This document shows positions 61,888 to 64,000 of a stretch of DNA of 64,000 bases, piece by piece. The notes under the pieces are model-generated. The model did no database searches. It worked only from the letters and a program-made list of their open reading frames with translations, and had not been told where the DNA came from. The position numbers and the translations under genes are program-made. How positions within the stretch are numbered: the stretch's first letter is position 1; each line of letters begins with the position of its first letter. The DNA comes from a virus (Duplodnaviria; Heunggongvirae; Uroviricota; Caudoviricetes): positions 5,404-69,403 of the IMG/VR virus record IMGVR_UViG_3300001199_000001, one strand, 5' to 3'.

Positions 61888-62724
61888 ATGCTGGACTTTG
61901 GACCTCATCCTATCCCCAAAAACGTAGCCGTCTTCGCACGCGCCGCCGCTGCCACCGATTTCATGACTTTTATACGCCCAAGGGGAGCCAATACCCTAGG
62001 TATTTTCCTGCTATCTGCTGGAGGCAATGGTGGCGCGGGAGCATCGGGCGCCGCTGCGTCAAGTAGAATCGGAGGCGGAGGCGGAGGCTCTGGCTCGTAT
62101 CTTAACTGGCTGGGACCTATCAGCGTTCTTCCAGAGGTTCTGTATATTTACACAGGGCTTGAAAACAACACGTCAATTTCTATAGAGCCTACAACAATCG
62201 CCGCTGTAAAGCTTTTAGGTGCGCCGAACGGTGCAAATGGGAACGCAGGCGGAGCGGGAGGAGGAAGCGGGGGCGCTGGCAGTACACCAAACATCGCCAG
62301 CCACAGTCCTCTATCAATTCATGGGATGTTCACCTCAGTGGCAGGTGTGGCGGGCGGAAATGGCGGCGCGGCAGGGTCTGCCGGTACGTCCACGACGGTT
62401 TTGAATAATCACATCCTTGCTGGAGGCAATGGAGGATCGGGCGTGACATCAACCGATGTCCCCGGTGTCAACAGCCTGTCTAACGTCAATGAAATTATAC
62501 CATCTATATTGAGCACGAACGCAGCAAGCGCGCCTGCGGGATTTTGGTCGTGGCGTCCGTATTGCGGATCGGGCGGAGGCGGCGGAGGGTCCGTGAACTC
62601 CGGAACGGGCGGGGCCGGTGGAGCGGGGGCTTTTGGCTGCGGCGGCGGGGGCGGCGGAGCGGGCACAACCGGTGGCGCAGGTGGGGTGGGAGGCAGCGGT
62701 CTAGTTGTTATAAGCTGGTGGTAA
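61888..62724 (+). CDS. glycine-rich protein, paralog 2 (C-terminal ...GSGLVVISWW)
   Basis: 278 aa. Confidence 0.65.
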   Translation: MLDFGPHPIPKNVAVFARAAAATDFMTFIRPRGANTLGIFLLSAGGNGGAGASGAAASSRIGGGGGGSGSYLNWLGPISVLPEVLYIYTGLENNTSISIEPTTIAAVKLLGAPNGANGNAGGAGGGSGGAGSTPNIASHSPLSIHGMFTSVAGVAGGNGGAAGSAGTSTTVLNNHILAGGNGGSGVTSTDVPGVNSLSNVNEIIPSILSTNAASAPAGFWSWRPYCGSGGGGGGSVNSGTGGAGGAGAFGCGGGGGGAGTTGGAGGVGGSGLVVISWW

Positions 62725-62727
62725 GTT

Positions 62728-63606
62728 ATGGATGATTTTGCTTTTTTCACCCGCCCTGCCGCAATCGACAGGACGACTATCTTCGTTTCAGCGACACCAC
62801 TCAGTACAGCGGCGAACGACTGGCAAAAATGGCATCGTCCGAGAGCCGCTACGATGATTCAAGCCTTGATCATTGGCGCTGGAGGTGGGGGAGCCAACGG
62901 GTCTTCAGGAGCGTCTGGGACGAACAGGGCTGGCGGCGGAGGCGGCGGCTCCGGTGCTGTCATGAAGGCGCTTTTTCCCGCCTCCTTATGCCCGGAAGTG
63001 TTGTACGTCCGTCCCGGCAAAGGCGGCGATGCCGCCACATCCGGTACCTTCTCCTTCGTCGCTTTTGCCCCGTCAAACGCTCAAAATGCTTATCTCTTGC
63101 TAGAAGCATCAGGCGGTTCCGGCGCGACTACCGTCACGGGAGGCACGCAAGGAGCGGGGGACTCTCTAACTACCAAACCTCTTACCGCATGGGGTTTTTT
63201 GACTAGCTCAATCGGCCAAGCTGGAACGGCGGGCGGGACTTCGACAGGGGCTGCTGGCACCGCAGCAGTGGTGCTTAACTCCCATTTCTTAACGGGAGGA
63301 ACGGGAGGTGGGAGCGCTGGTGCATCTTCTGTGAGTTATGCAGGCGGGGCGATTACAGGCAAATCCGGTTATTTCCCGGACTTGGCCGGTGGTGTGGCTG
63401 GTGGAGGAGCCGGATCACATGGAATTTGGCGCCCGGAAATTTGGGCGGGGACAGGCGGAACGGGCGGCGGAAGCTCGTTCGACGGGGTTGGCGGCGCGGG
63501 CGGCAACGGCGCTTATGGGTGTGGCGGCGGTGGCGGCGGGGCTGGTGTCACAGGCGGCGCGGGAGGTAAAGGCGGAGACGCGTTGATCATGATCACGTGG
63601 TGGTGA
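62728..63606 (+). CDS. glycine-rich protein, paralog 3 (C-terminal ...GGDALIMITWW)
   Basis: 292 aa. Confidence 0.65.
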   Translation: MDDFAFFTRPAAIDRTTIFVSATPLSTAANDWQKWHRPRAATMIQALIIGAGGGGANGSSGASGTNRAGGGGGGSGAVMKALFPASLCPEVLYVRPGKGGDAATSGTFSFVAFAPSNAQNAYLLLEASGGSGATTVTGGTQGAGDSLTTKPLTAWGFLTSSIGQAGTAGGTSTGAAGTAAVVLNSHFLTGGTGGGSAGASSVSYAGGAITGKSGYFPDLAGGVAGGGAGSHGIWRPEIWAGTGGTGGGSSFDGVGGAGGNGAYGCGGGGGGAGVTGGAGGKGGDALIMITWW

Positions 63607-63665
63607 ATCCTTGACTTTTAGCCGATTTGAGGCAAGGTATTTCTTTGTTAAGCTTAGTGGCTGGC

Positions 63666-63678
63666 AGTCACTTTAAGT
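63666..63678. repeat. AGTCACTTTAAGT motif copy 6
   Basis: 60 nt after stop of third Gly-rich gene. Confidence 0.7.
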
Positions 63679-63750
63679 TTCCCGTCAATTAACCTTCGAC
63701 GCACGCCGTCGCTCTATTAGGGCGGTGGCGTTTTCTTTTAGGGCGGACCC

Positions 63751-64000
63751 ATGAGCCAGTATTTCAACCGCGTCTACGCGAGCACGGCGACGACCGGCAC
63801 CGGAACCATTACCATGGGCTCCGCCGTGTCGGGCTTTCGGGCGTTTTCGATTATCCCGTCGAACTGCGCGACCTATTATATGATCGAGGATGGCTCCAAC
63901 TGGGAATATGGGATCGGAGTCTGGAACGGTACGACGCTGACGCGTGGAGTCAGAAAAAGTAACGCAGCGCTCAGTTCGAACCTCTACCAACCGATCAACC
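63751..64000 (+). CDS. fiber-like protein, 3'-truncated by window
   Basis: MSQYFNRVYASTATTGTGTITMGS...; N-terminal module like 60016..60363. Confidence 0.5.
   Translation, partial: MSQYFNRVYASTATTGTGTITMGSAVSGFRAFSIIPSNCATYYMIEDGSNWEYGIGVWNGTTLTRGVRKSNAALSSNLYQPIN

Noticed and set aside
62409-62750. Minus-strand 113-aa proline-rich ORF (PPPPP...)
   Set aside because: It is the reverse complement of the glycine-rich (GGC/GGN codon) paralog gene, so it is a composition artefact. The plus-strand genes fit the operon structure.
1-64000. CRISPR arrays, rRNA and tRNA genes
   Set aside because: No direct-repeat/spacer periodicity and no rRNA-like conserved segments were seen. No obvious tRNA cloverleaf was noticed in the intergenic gaps, which are mostly under 60 nt, though a tRNA cannot be excluded without a dedicated scan.

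Overview
This 64 kb window is a densely packed, high-GC phage-like genome segment (a large phage or prophage). Its cargo (HWE histidine kinases, a LovK/LovR-like pair, a Ros/MucR regulator, leaderless mRNAs) points to an alphaproteobacterial host. It has three blocks. (1) 1-9.7 kb, plus strand: many small early-type genes with overlapping stop/start codons (ATGA, TAATG), two HNH nucleases, a DUF3850/ASCH-like protein, a PTH2-like peptidyl-tRNA hydrolase and one low-GC reverse-oriented moron. (2) 9.7-48.2 kb, minus strand: about 95 genes. They include nucleotide/DNA-metabolism enzymes (DHH phosphoesterase, DEDDh exonuclease, NT5C-type HAD nucleotidase, MazG, dCMP-deaminase-like, VRR-NUC-like, a PPP phosphatase, a CYTH-like protein). 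They also include ribosomal proteins bL20 and bL35 and a cargo island at about 19.6-33 kb. The island carries a cysteine-less LOV-HWE kinase plus a single-domain response regulator, a second membrane HWE kinase, two Tat-signal paralogs flanking a CoaB-like/class II aldolase fusion, a ParB-like protein, a flotillin-like SPFH protein and a Ros/MucR regulator. (3) 48.4-64 kb, plus strand: late/structural genes (putative portal, scaffold, major capsid, fiber-like proteins, three tandem glycine-rich paralogs ending in WW) with an HD hydrolase, a HicB-like protein, an HNH nuclease and a reverse-strand metallophosphoesterase interspersed. No rRNA or CRISPR array was recognised, and no tRNA, integrase, terminase or polymerase was found in the window. 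Recurrent sequence-level signals: sigma70-like promoters placed so that the -10 hexamer sits 6 nt before the ATG (leaderless mRNAs), a 13-nt motif AGTCAYTTTAAGT present 6 times after late genes, a TTGACA-N6-7-CTTAWTRTGACA element present 3 times before late gene clusters, and many 25-50 aa hydrophobic micro-ORFs coupled to their neighbours by overlapping start/stop codons. All functional calls are motif-level inferences from the translated ORFs. No database search was possible.
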